A stretch of DNA of 64,000 nucleotides from Camelus dromedarius (lineage: Eukaryota), in NCBI RefSeq assembly GCF_036321535.1, contig NC_087437.1, positions 59,956,001 through 60,020,000 on the forward strand, in the 5' to 3' direction. Shown here piece by piece: positions 11,761 to 23,820 of the stretch; the first letter of the stretch is position 1; each line of letters starts with the position of its first letter. The notes below the pieces were generated by a model. That model was given only the letters and a program-made list of their open reading frames with translations. It did not search any database and was not told the origin of the DNA. The position numbers were made by a program, and so were the translations under genes.

Positions 11761-12193
11761 GGCCATATTACCCCCAAGGGACTATAGGCATTGGGGTTTA
11801 GGTGCTGATTTTCAAAGACCTGCAGAATTACTTGAGACCTGGGAGGGTAAAAGGTACAAAACTGGTATTAACAAATGTCAGCTGCTATGATAACTTGTGT
11901 GTGATACAGTTATTTGTAAACTCTGGTATTTTACTTTTTACTGATAATAAGTTAGTCTATATTGGCCACACATACACACAACACAAAAATTCTCAAAACA
12001 TACAATTATTGAAACTAGTCAATTACAAACCAATGCATTTTTTGATAAATTATATTTAATGTAAGATAAGGGTATGACCTAAAGTGTGATAAAATGTAAG
12101 GAGTGCCTAGAGCCAGGAAAGGTCTTCCCTTCTTCCCAAGTCTGGGTTAGATGTCCTGTCTATATGTTCCAATAACACTCTGACACTCCAATA

Positions 12194-12637
12194 TGCGGTA
12201 GAGACAGTTAGCTGTCCCCCAATATCCATTCTCTTCTTCCTTCTTAACAATAGAACCCCCAAATTCTAGTAGGTAACATGGTTACCTGATTTAAGACTAT
12301 ATTTCTCAGCTTCCCTTGCAACCAGTGTGACATTGAGACATACACAGAAGTGGCATACACAATTTCCAGGAAATATCCTTAAAAAGAGGGAATGAATCTT
12401 TCCCCTTTCCTCCTTCCAGTTGGCTGGAATTTGGGTATGATGGCTAAAGCGTGATAAGCCACTTTGAACCATCAGGTAGAATCAAAAGCTATAATAAGCC
12501 TTGGTCCTTGCAGATTAAGTGACCATCATACCAGGCCTATGATTTTACAAAGAAGAAATAAATTTCTATCTTGTTGAAGCTCCTACTATTTCTGGTTTTC
12601 TATCACATGCAAATAAATCTAATCTCAATTTATACAC
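12194..12637 (+). mobile_element. MLT1-type (ERVL-MaLR) solo LTR
   Basis: tgcggtagagac...tgtcccccaatatccattctc start; agaaataaatttctatcttgttgaagc near the end; TG...CA termini. Confidence 0.7.
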
Positions 12638-13510
12638 CCAGAAAGGATACTTAGCACAGAGATTAATTAATACTTGTTATTTTCTTCCAATAGATTAAGT
12701 TCAGTAGAGGCAGGGAAGAGCATCTCTGTAATTCACGGCATAACATCCCTCTCCCACACCATCCCAACACACACACACACGTACCACATTTATTTTTGGT
12801 CAATAAATGCAATTCTCATTCTATTCTTATCTTTTTCCCATTTACCTAAACTTTTTTTTTCATCCTTAATTCCCTCTCCTCAAAATGTAACCTGAAACAA
12901 TTTGGGAAAGAAAATCACCTAAAAATTGATATTATTAAATCCAGAAAGCTCATCATCAACCAAAAAAGAATATTGGAGAACAGATTGAATACAAAGTTCT
13001 GCTTACTTAGATTTCAAAAATAATCTGAACATGATAAAATTTCAATATGATTCTTATACGTAATTCATGCATGTGCATGTATAAAATGAAAAAGTTCCCA
13101 AGAGTTCTACAATCTTAAGATTCTAAAATTTTTTATTCAAAATAGCAAAATGCAAGTTTTTAAAAAATTAAAAAAAAGCTTTAACTCAAATGAAAAACCA
13201 ATTAGGACAGAAACTCAGTTATCCAAATATAAAAAACAAAAAAATAAATCCAGCTATGTATACTGTAAAACAAACACTTTCAAATTCTTTTTAAATTAAA
13301 TTAAATTCTTTTAAATTCTTCTTTTCAGTATCCTCCTATACTATCTATAACTTATCCTTTAAGCCTCATATACTATCTATAACTTTCCTTTAATCTTTGT
13401 TACACATTTAACCTATACATAAATCTTCTGTAGCACCAGACTTCTTCATTAAATAAATGAAATGTCAAATTTCCCAATATGCTAAATTTCTTTAGAAATA
13501 CAGACACTGG

Positions 13511-14675
13511 AACAAAGGCAACAAAAGCATAAATAAATAAGTCAGACTACATCAAACTGAAAAGCTTCTGTATAGCAAAGAAAATTATCAACAAAAAGAA
13601 AGGACAACCTGCCAAATGGCAGAAAATATTTTCAAATCATGTATTTGATAAGGGGTTAATATCCAAAATACATAAATAATTCAAGACACCTCAGTAGCAC
13701 CACCCCCCACCAAAAAAAAAAAATCCAATTAAACAATGGGCTGAGAATCTGAAGAGATTTTTGTACTGAAGACACAGATGGCCAATAGGTGGTCAAAGGT
13801 ACTCAATGTTACTAATCATGAGGGAAATGTAAATCAAAACCACAATGAGCTGTCTGTTGCCTCACACCTATTAGAATCGCTGTCATCAAAAAGACAAGAA
13901 ATGAGTGTTGAGGATGTGGAGAAAAGGGAACTCTTGCACACTGCTGGTGAGAATGAAATTGGTGCAGCCACTATGAAAACAGTATGGAGGTTCTTCAAAA
14001 AATCAAAAATAGAACTGCCATATCCAACAATTCCACTTCTAGGTATTTATCTGAAGGAATTAAAGACACTAACTTGAAAAGATATCTGCACCCCCATGTT
14101 CACTGCAGCATTATTTAGCCAAGATATGAAAATAACCTAAGCGTCCATCAATAGATAAATGGATTAAAAATCCACACACACATAAAATATTATTCAGCCA
14201 TTTTAAAAAGGAAATCCTGCCTTTTGCGACAACATAGGTGGACCCTGAGGGCATTAAACTAAGCAATATAAGTCAGACAGAGAAAGACAACTATTGTATG
14301 ATCTCAATGATACGTGGAATCTGAAAAAAAAAAAAAAAAAGAACTCACAGAACAGACTGGAGGTTGCCAGTGGTGGGGGCTGGGGAGTGGGTAAAATGGT
14401 ATAAAAAGGTACAGAACTTCCAGTCATAAAATAAACAAGTCCTGGGGGGGTGTAGCATGATGCCTAGAGTTAATAATACTGTATTGTATATTTGAAAATT
14501 GTTTAAAGAGTAGATCTTAAAAGTTCTCATTAGAAGAAAAAAAATTTATAACTGTGGAATGATGAATGTTAACTGGACTACTGTGGTGATCATTTTGCAA
14601 TATATATATATGCTGAATCATTATGTTGTGCACCTGAAACTAATGTTATACGTCAGGCAAATCTCAACTTAAAAA
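13511..14675 (+). mobile_element. 5'-truncated L1 (ORF2 C-terminus plus 3'UTR)
   Basis: ORF 13778..14077 resembles the L1 ORF2 C-terminus (VWRFFKK...IELPY...IPLLGIY); diverged TSD aaatacagacactgg / aaattcagatattgg. Confidence 0.92.
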
Positions 14676-14725
14676 AAATTCAGATATTGGTATATAACAC
14701 AAAATCACGAAGTACAGTACATTAC

Positions 14726-14821
14726 CTGGGCACCAAGATCCTTCATGTAGGGCCCAAGTTCACTAAACAGATCATATCCTTGATGAAAGAAGGCCAAATG
14801 GGCATACATAAAGGATAACAT
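14726..14821 (-). CDS. ACAP2: ACAP2 exon 8 (96 nt; MLSFMYAHLAFFHQGYDLFSELGPYMKDLGAQ)
   Basis: tgttag acceptor, CAG|gtaatg donor. Confidence 0.97.
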
Positions 14822-16319
14822 CTAACATGAGGGGGGAAAAAAAAGTTAGCATTTTAAAATCATTCATTAGATAAACATTCTGAAATTTAAAAAAAATTCT
14901 TATCTTAACTATAGTTTAAAAATTACTCCATAAGAGCCCAAAATATCAAACCTATTTAAAATTAAACTGCATCATTTTTCTTAAAAGAGTATTTCAGAAA
15001 TATCTGCAAATATAAGAAAAATTTAATTAAAAGAAGTTTCCAATTGATTTAAAATTAAATGTCTCAAATTTTAGTTGTTTACAGTGTAGCCAGATGATCA
15101 AAATTTATATTTTAATAATTCAAAGAAGCAAGTTTTCAATAGGTTCACCACCTTCCTAGGGACATTATAAAATATCTCTGTCTTTCAACCAAACTCACTG
15201 GCAAAACCTTAAATTACAAATAAAACATTAAAAGATCAGAAGGGGAAATATAAAGCTCTCAAAACAAAACAATCACAAACATTTCACAACCTGCTAGATC
15301 ACTACGCACAACCCAAAGTAGAGGCAATGCTCATTCTTATTCTAAGATACCAAAATGAAATGAGGCAACAGATTTTGCCAATACAGAGGGTTTGTTATAT
15401 TCCTTCCAAAAATGTCATGAATAGGTGAAGATTTTTTTCAAGTTTTCCTGTATTTCACTTATTCATGAGAGAAAAATCATTTCTTATTTTTTAGCTAAGT
15501 TTTTACATGAGAAGGAATTAAATAATCCAATCGCTATACTGAATCCACTAAACATCTAAGTTATTTTTAGCAAGAAGAGACATCTATTTAATTCTCTGAA
15601 ATCTAAAATAGGTCATAAGGTCCTTAATTCTTAAGAATCCTTCAAAAGAAAAAATTTTGGAAGAGAAAAACCAATAAAATAAAACTCTCAGACAAAAGGA
15701 CAAAGCTCACTAAAAGATTATTCTAGAATTAGATAACAGCAGTTGTACAACTTTGTGAATACGATTTTAAAAATACTAATTATGTAAATAAGAGAAGAGA
15801 TTAATAGCTACAATTACATAAAAATGTAAAAAATCCCAAGGCATTATAAGCATATTAAAAGATAAATGATAAACTAGAAAAAAAAAAACACATGACAAAG
15901 AGCTAATAGTCTTAATATACAAGAGATGTTATAAATCAATATGAAAAACATGAAGATTCCAACAGAAAAAGAGACAAAGAACATAGAGAACACAACCAGC
16001 CAAGAAAAAGAAAAGGGGAAAAAAATGTTCATACTCACCTGTATTAAAGAAATCTAAAACTAAACAGTAATATGGCATTTTCTATCTACCAAATTGTGGG
16101 TAGAGTAGGGAAAATTAATACCCAGGGTTGGTACAATGTGGGAAAAATGTTCATTCTTACACACTATTTGTGGAAATTTTGTGTAACACTTGAAATTTGA
16201 CAGTATTTTTTAGAAATCTTAATAAATGCTTAAACCTTTTGACTAATCTCTTGTCTTACTCTATCCTAAGGAAATAACCATATTATTCATTAGAATGATC
16301 ACTATAATACTATTTTTTA

Positions 16320-16435
16320 AAATTTTTTTTATTGATTTATAATCATTTTACAATGTTGTGTCAAATTCCAGCGTAGAGCACAGTTTTTCAGTTATACATG
16401 AGCATATATATATTCATTGTCACATTTTTTCTCTG
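16320..16435 (-). mobile_element. Very short young L1 3' tail inserted in an older L1
   Basis: Near-identical to the tail at 50754..50850; TSD tataatactatttttta (16303-16319) / tatactactatttttta (16436-16452). Confidence 0.85.
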
Positions 16436-16515
16436 TATACTACTATTTTTTATGCCAAAAACAGGAAAATTACTTAAAAACCCATTAATGGGTGAAGTTG
16501 ATTTATGATATACTC

Positions 16516-16850
16516 AAGGTGAACAAACTGTGATCTGGAAACTATATTCAGCCCCACCACCTGTTTTCAGATGGCCTATGAGCTAATAATAGTTTCTGTA
16601 TTTTTAAATGGTTGAAAGAAAATGAAAAGACATGAAATTCGTGTCATGTGAAAATTATATAATAAAATTCAAATTTCCATGTTCATAAAAAAAGTTTTAT
16701 TGGAACACAGTCCTGCCATTCATTTACATATCTGTGGCTGCTTTCTCATTACAACAGCACAGCTGAGTAGTTGCAACACAGACCATATGGCCCACAAAAC
16801 CTAACATATTTACTACCTGGCCCTTCAAAAAAGAGTCTGCCCTTCCCCTA
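16516..16850. mobile_element. MER58B-like hAT non-autonomous DNA transposon
   Basis: gttttattggaacacagtc...gagtagttgcaacacagaccatatggccc...atatttactacctggccctt motifs; similar copy at 52329..52670. Confidence 0.82.
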
Positions 16851-17887
16851 GTATATTCACATGGTAGAATTCTACCTGGCCACAAAAGCCATTGGTAAAT
16901 AAAAAATATTTAATGACATATGATGATATTAGAGTGTATTAGTGAAAAAAAGTTATAAGACAGTATATGGGAATGATTCTTATTTTGTTTGTTTTTAAAA
17001 TATTAAATATAATTTTAAAAGGTGTACATACATGTTCACGTATACACACAAACAGGCACACATACACACACAGAAAAAAAAGACAAAGATTACGCCAAGG
17101 TATTAACCGTAGTTCTCTCTTGGTAGTAGAATTTATAAGTATTTTTATTCTGTCTTCATACGTTTTATTTTCCAATTTTCTACAACTAACATACATTACT
17201 CTCAATCTGGAAAAGTAGATGTAGGTAAACAGGAGGTACAATGTATTTATCTGATAAGAAATAACAAAATTAACATAGAATTTAGGACAAAGCTAGGTGG
17301 GGACAAGGATCAAAAAGCAGTATCATTAAGGTCCTCTGAGAAACAAACAAACTTCAATGATCTTAGTCAGAGGGAAGAAATAGTTTCTAAGGTTCTCAAA
17401 ATATGAAAGAATGTAATGCCTATACCACTACCATCCTCTGCCCACCTTGTTAACTTTAGGACAAAAAAATGGGCAAATAAAAAAATCATTGTTGCTATGG
17501 TTGTGTAAAGGCTCAGGGAAAAAACAGTGATCCTCAAATTTCATCTCCAAAAGGGCTCATACATCATCATCAACCACCCGAAGGGAAAGAATTCTGTAAA
17601 TGATACTCTCAGTCTTGAATATTTAAATGTCCACTCAAGTAGTTCACAGTGTATTAATGGATGAGACATACCTAAATAACTACATGAAGGAGACAAAAAA
17701 CGGCTAAGTAACATATAAGCAGTACAAAAAGATTAGTAAGATTAATTATGAACCTGGAATAAATAAGTAAGTCAATAAATAATTACACATATACGCATAC
17801 ACATACAATGATGCTTCAAACACTCAAAACACATATATTTAGTTTCATATTAAAATATTTGGAACATCATTTCAATATATAGCTTAC

Positions 17888-17932
17888 TGATTTCAGGATT
17901 TCTGATCTCCTTTTTGATTGAAGGACGTTAAT
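17888..17932 (-). CDS. ACAP2: ACAP2 exon 7 (45 nt; INVLQSKRRSEILKS)
   Basis: cctcag acceptor, TCA|gtaagc donor; phase 0/0. Confidence 0.95.
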
Positions 17933-19719
17933 CTGAGGGAAAATACATTTGGTTAATCACCCATGCATTATTTTAAAAACTAATCTAGAATGCAGTGTTG
18001 TAAAATTTGCTTATGCTAATGGTTTAATACTTCCCCAGAAAAGTAAATAAAAACACAGTTCAAATTTTTCACCTTTAGACTCGCTTTTTGCAAAAACAGT
18101 TAAGACAAACATACCAATGAAACTCATCCATTTTCAACTCAAAGAAAAAATGCCCATATTTAAATTATAATATTATAGTGATACAGTTATCATTTGATAA
18201 ACATTTGAGTTTCTTAGAATTCCATCTTTTCTCCACCCTCATCTAATTGCTCTCATTAAAATCCTTCAACATCAATCGTTACTACAAACTCTCATCGCTT
18301 TCACCACTGCCACGAACCACCATAGTATCTTTTCCTGACAGCCACAGCTGTCTCTAAACTAGTCTCTAAACTAGTCCATTTCCACTCCTGACTCCTTACC
18401 ATTCATTCTCCACAGAGCAACCAGAGTGATCTTTTTAAATAATAACTAAGACCATGTTACATCTATCTTACTACCTTTCAACTCCCTACCATAGCCCTCA
18501 AGGCCTACCTCTCCAAGATAGTTCTCTACTTTCCCCCTTTCTGTGCTCCAACCATAGCCCAAGACCATTCCCACCTCAAGGCCTTCATCTATTTGTTCTG
18601 TCTCCATGTCGTGATTTTTCTGCCCAGATGGACACAAGGCTCTTATCAGGTCCCACCTTAAACACTATCTCCTACAAAGGTCAAAAGTAGGCTCTTTAGC
18701 ACTCTTTAGTACATCAATTCTATTTCCTTCATAGTATTTACATAACTACCTTATATTTTCTTATTTATTTATTTATTTCCCCCAGCTAAAATGTAAGCTC
18801 CATAAGATCAAGGTCTTGCCTTATTCACAAAAGTATTCTCCAAGTTGTATACATTAAACACTCAATAAATATAAATAAATTAAATAAATTAATGGACCTT
18901 AAATAAATATTTTAATAAGACTAAACTATTGCAAGATCAGTAAATTATGAAAACTGTCTCTGGTGATATCTACCCCATCTCTAGAAATTCCTAACAAACA
19001 TTTTATTTTTGTCTGTTATTATATATCAGCTTAATGAAATAAAGTGTTTACACAAGAAAACAATCACTCTTTGCTAAACTCGTCAAAAAATTATAGAATA
19101 TCTGCCTTTTTAATATGTACTTTCCACTGAATATTCTGCCTATTGTTTTATAAGATAATTTTAAAGCACTGATCAGAAAACAGAACAGACTCAGGAAAAT
19201 CCAAGTAACTTTGCTTATTTAAGCACTAGTTTCTTCTGCATGTCCGTTTCAAGGCCTATTCAGATTTGAAAACTAAAATACTAACTTTCAAATGCTCAAA
19301 GTAAAAGCTTAGAAAAATATTTCAAGTGCCTCTGTTTCGTATCTTTTTTTTTCTGTTTTGGCAATTTAAAAACAGCATATATGAGAAAAGCAAAAGTATA
19401 TTCAAATATTTAGAAAAGCTAAAGCATGACAAACTTTATAAATCTGAATATTTATAACCTACTGCCCTCTAAAATAGACACGTTGGTCATATAATAAAAT
19501 AACACAAAGGTTCTTGTCAGAAAAACCAAATTGGCTAATAGTTACAAAAGAGGCGGGGTCCTAATTTAAAACTACTGGATGGACACCAAAGGAAATGGAT
19601 AATTTATAATATGTAAGTTTGAAGATAATGAATATTTTAGCTGAATTTCCCCACCCCAAATAAAATTTTAAATTAAGCCATTCACTCCTCCAAATAAACA
19701 TTAACTATCTACTTTCTAA

Positions 19720-20640
19720 CCACTGGACCAGAGGGAAGGGATACAATCTAGGAGTAGGAAAGACACATAAATAAATAATCACGATAAATGGGATAAGTGC
19801 TCTAACTGTAACGTGCATGACAGTATAATGGCAGCACAGAGGAAGCAGACGCACAAATGATTCATTTTACTTGGAGAATATGAGTAACTCTGACCACAGA
19901 ACAGAGAATGAATTGCTAATGGGAAGGTAAAAGCAATGCAAGAAAGACCAATTTGTGTAAGAACATCTTGATACTCTAGATAAGAAACAGTAAGAATTGC
20001 TGTTGGACATGCAGCAGAGTGAGAAAGAACAGATTTAAGAGTTACATAGAACTTCTCAAGGCAGTTTTCATTGTTAGATACAGGAGCTGAAAATGAAGAG
20101 TATATCTGATGTGATTCTCCAATTTTGAATTTCTATGATTAAGAAGCTGATACCACTCAGCTAGGTAAGGGCAATAAGAAGTCATTTGGGAAGAAGAGAG
20201 ACTTCAGTTTTGGACACAAAAGAATGAGATATTTCTGAGAAAAGGCCATTTTGTCATCTATTTATAGCGGTATTCAAGCAAAGGACATGATGAAACTGTA
20301 AGGTACAACAATAAGACCACAGATGGAACCCTAAAAGGGAGACTGTAAAGGTGGACAAAGGATAGAAACCCAAGGTGGAAATTGAAAAGTAAGAGGGAAA
20401 TCTAAAAGTGGTTTAAGATACATCAAGACAAAAGTATGTTTCAAGAAAAAGAGTATAGTCTACCATTTCAGTGAAATGCAATAGTCATGTTGGTTAAAAA
20501 CTGAAATGTATCTGATGAATAAGACCTTAACACAGCCATTTCAGTAGTGGGTAGCCAGATTCAGTACTACTGCAGGGAGTGGTGTGAATGTGAAGTAGGT
20601 AAGAGGAAGACAGGAAATACAGACTACTCCATTTTAGCAG
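19720..20640 (-). mobile_element. LINE-2 fragments
   Basis: Purine-rich degenerate antisense L2 motifs (ttcagttttggaca, gcagccatttcagt-like, gtagccagatt); boundaries approximate. Confidence 0.55.
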
Positions 20641-21444
20641 CCTTTCAATAATAAATGGAGTGTACTTAATTTTTTAAAATTTAACTTCTCACTTACTGAA
20701 TATGAACTTAGTAGAAACAAATCTTAAAGTCGTTTTCTACCATTTTGCACAAGTTATCTAAGTAGTTTGTAATCACTATTTTGCATATGGTTACTTAAGT
20801 ATATATTTTTAAGGAATATTCTGTGATCACTGTTAAGTCAACCATCTATGAGAACTCCACTGTCCCAAATCATCACAATTTACCAACTATCAATCTCTAC
20901 TTTTAAAGAACAGCAACTAATGTAAATATGAAAACATTATTTCTAGAAATAGTTTTTGTTTGGCACAATGTGAGCTTTCATACCTCTAAGAACCTACTCT
21001 AAAGAGGTAATCAGAAATGTGGCAAAAGATTGGAATACAAAGATGTTATATCGCTTACAATTAGTAAAAATTGTATTTTCATTATTGTCAGTAAAAACTG
21101 GCAATACTATGTCAGATAACTGGATGTTAATTAAATGGACACAGCATCTCCATAGAATGAAATTCAGCAACTAATCATGCTTTTCACAACATTGAGAAAA
21201 GGGGGAAGTATAATGTTAAGTGAACAGGAAAGAAATCAAAACCAAAGGTATACATATCCATACACATATATGTACATACACAGGTAGACACTCAGACACA
21301 TGGAAAATTTTCCCAAAAGGCCATGGCTTAATGATCATGGTTTTAAACTCAAAGAAATAGTATTACTTATTCTTTTCAGGACATTTACTCAAAAGTAATG
21401 ACATGTTCAGTAAGCATTTTTTTGAAAACATATAATAAATGTAC

Positions 21445-21628
21445 CTGAAGTACGTAATCAAGGGCTATGTGTCGAAAACATTTTCTTGTTGCTGTCAGAA
21501 TATTTGTGGCTTCTTCAACTTCATGCTGTTTATTTCTTTGTACTTGAGCATTTTTTACTAATGCATTTTCTTTTTCTTCACTGACTTTTTCAAACTGCTT
21601 CTTGGCATCTTTGAATTTTCTAAGATCT
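21445..21628 (-). CDS. ACAP2: ACAP2 exon 6 (184 nt; DLRKFKDAKKQFEKVSEEKENALVKNAQVQRNKQHEVEEATNILTATRKCFRHIALDYVLQ)
   Basis: Open frame matching the BAR domain; ttttag acceptor, CAG|gtacat donor. Confidence 0.97.
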
Positions 21629-23233
21629 CTAAAAAAATTAAAATAGTGAAACTCTTATAAAACTTCTTCTAAACAAAAACCTTAGCAAAATTACATTTAG
21701 AATTTAATGCTTATGTTCCTCTGTTTATTTGATTCACTGTGCAGTAACACTCAACAGCTCTTCCAACTAAAATATACATTATTTTTTGAGTCCATACTAT
21801 TCCTGATATAGTCAGCTAACACTTCCTTACTTAAGTCTATATAATTACAGGTAGAAATAAATTATCATTCTGAAATTAACATTACAGAAACATAAAAGGC
21901 AAAGTTAATTTTTTTTTTTTTTTACTAAAGACAAATTCAGAGACATGTACCAATATTTAACCAAATGACTTTTAAACAGTAGTATACACCATAGGGAACT
22001 TGTTAAAAATGCAAACTCCAAGGGTGTCTTTGTGATAATTCAATTCTTTATGTCTTTGGCATAAATCCTAGAAATCTGAGGGGTTTTTTTAAAAAATACC
22101 CCCATGAATTTAGGATTATGGGTGGTCTAGAGACCATAGTTTATGAAACAACATTCATTTCTTGTTTAAGAGAGTTATGGGCCAAAGGGCATGAATATAT
22201 TCTTAAAATGCACATACATAATGCTTTCGAAAGCATTATGTATCAATAAAGGGTAACAATATCCATTTCAACAGTCTGAAAATCTGAAATCTTGATTCAT
22301 TAATGATCTTAGGTAAATATACAGCAACCCTTTGCATTTACTTTTTCTACCAAGGAACTAGGCAAAATGCCTTGAAGACAAATGATTTTAAAATAATAAT
22401 AATAAAGTATACCTAACAAAGACTTTAAACTCTTTGTAAGAAGGCATAAATTTTCATGTATACACTTATAAAGACATTCTGAATGTTAGTCTATTATGAA
22501 GTAATTATAAACAATCTATAAAACATCACCTTCAGAACAACAAATTTTAACCTACTAAAACAGCAGTGCATTATGTTCATGAAGTCTGCCTCTATTTATA
22601 GCTTGTAACATTTGAAAGCTATATCATAATCAACTTGACTGTAATTTTATACATCCTCAGTCAGAAATTAAAAGAGAAAAACTGAATTACTAACATGGAA
22701 AAGGAAAACTTTCCTACCTGGAAAGTTCAGGTATTTTTTATTTCTAGTTTCATTTCATTTCACATAAAACATGGTGACTATGTCACAAAAAGTTTGCTTT
22801 TATTATTTATTATGCACCTCCATTATTCATTCACATATATTCTATTATCTCATCTTCAAAGAAAATACCATATTGAGATAACTACAAAGGATAGTATTTC
22901 AACCACTTTTGGGATTTGCTTTGATTCTGAAAGTTTATTAGATTATTTATTTACATTAAATTTTTTAAAAATCTATAACAATTCAATTTATGTATCCTGA
23001 ACACAAATTTCACAATATAAATGATTCACTGAAAGGCATGAAGTCTGACTCCTTTCAGAGTAATTCAGGAAGAAATGCAATATACATTTCACAAAGAAAA
23101 AAACCAAACAAACAAAAACTCTAATATTTTCAGTAAGTCATGGTCTATAACTTCTCTCAAAAGATACCAACTCCCTCATGTGATCATTAGCTGGTTGCTT
23201 TTCTTACGACTCTCTTCACTGCAATTGACTTAC

Positions 23234-23292
23234 TCTTTAACAAAGTTCTGAAGCTGTGCCTTAATTGATCTCTGAGTTTGGTCAAATAGGAT
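23234..23292 (-). CDS. ACAP2: ACAP2 exon 5 (59 nt; ILFDQTQRSIKAQLQNFVK(E))
   Basis: ttttag acceptor, AGA|gtaagt donor; phase 2 end matches exon 6. Confidence 0.96.
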
Positions 23293-23394
23293 CTAAAAGA
23301 AAAGAAGGAACATTAAACAATTATAAAGTAAACTAAGAAAATTATTTTCATTAGTTCTGTAACCATTACATCCGTCCATCAATATTCCAATTCT

Positions 23395-23820
23395 ATGACA
23401 TTTGCAGCAACATAGATGGACCTGGAGATCGTCATTCTAAGTGAAGTAAGCCAGAAAGAGAAAGAAAAATACCATATGATATCACTCATATGTGGAATAA
23501 AAAAAAAAGGCACCAATGAACTTACTTACAAAACAGAAACAGACTCATGGACATAGAAAACAAATTTATGGTTACCAGCAGGTAAAGGAGATGGGAAGGG
23601 ATAGACTGGGAGTTTGAGATTTGCAGACACTAACTACTATATATAAAATAACAAGTTTCTTCTGTATAGTACAGGGAACTATAGTCAATATCTTGTAACC
23701 TATATTGAAAAAAGAATATGAAAATGAGTATAATATGTATGTATATATATGACTGAAATATTATGCTGTATACCAGAAATTGACACAACATTGTAAACTG
23801 ACTATACTTCAATAAAAAAA
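23395..23820 (+). mobile_element. L1 3'UTR fragment ~100 nt from the exon 5 acceptor
   Basis: catttgcagcaacatagatggacctggag...ctatacttcaataaaaaaa; possible TSD ttccaattcta / ttacaattcta. Confidence 0.9.
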
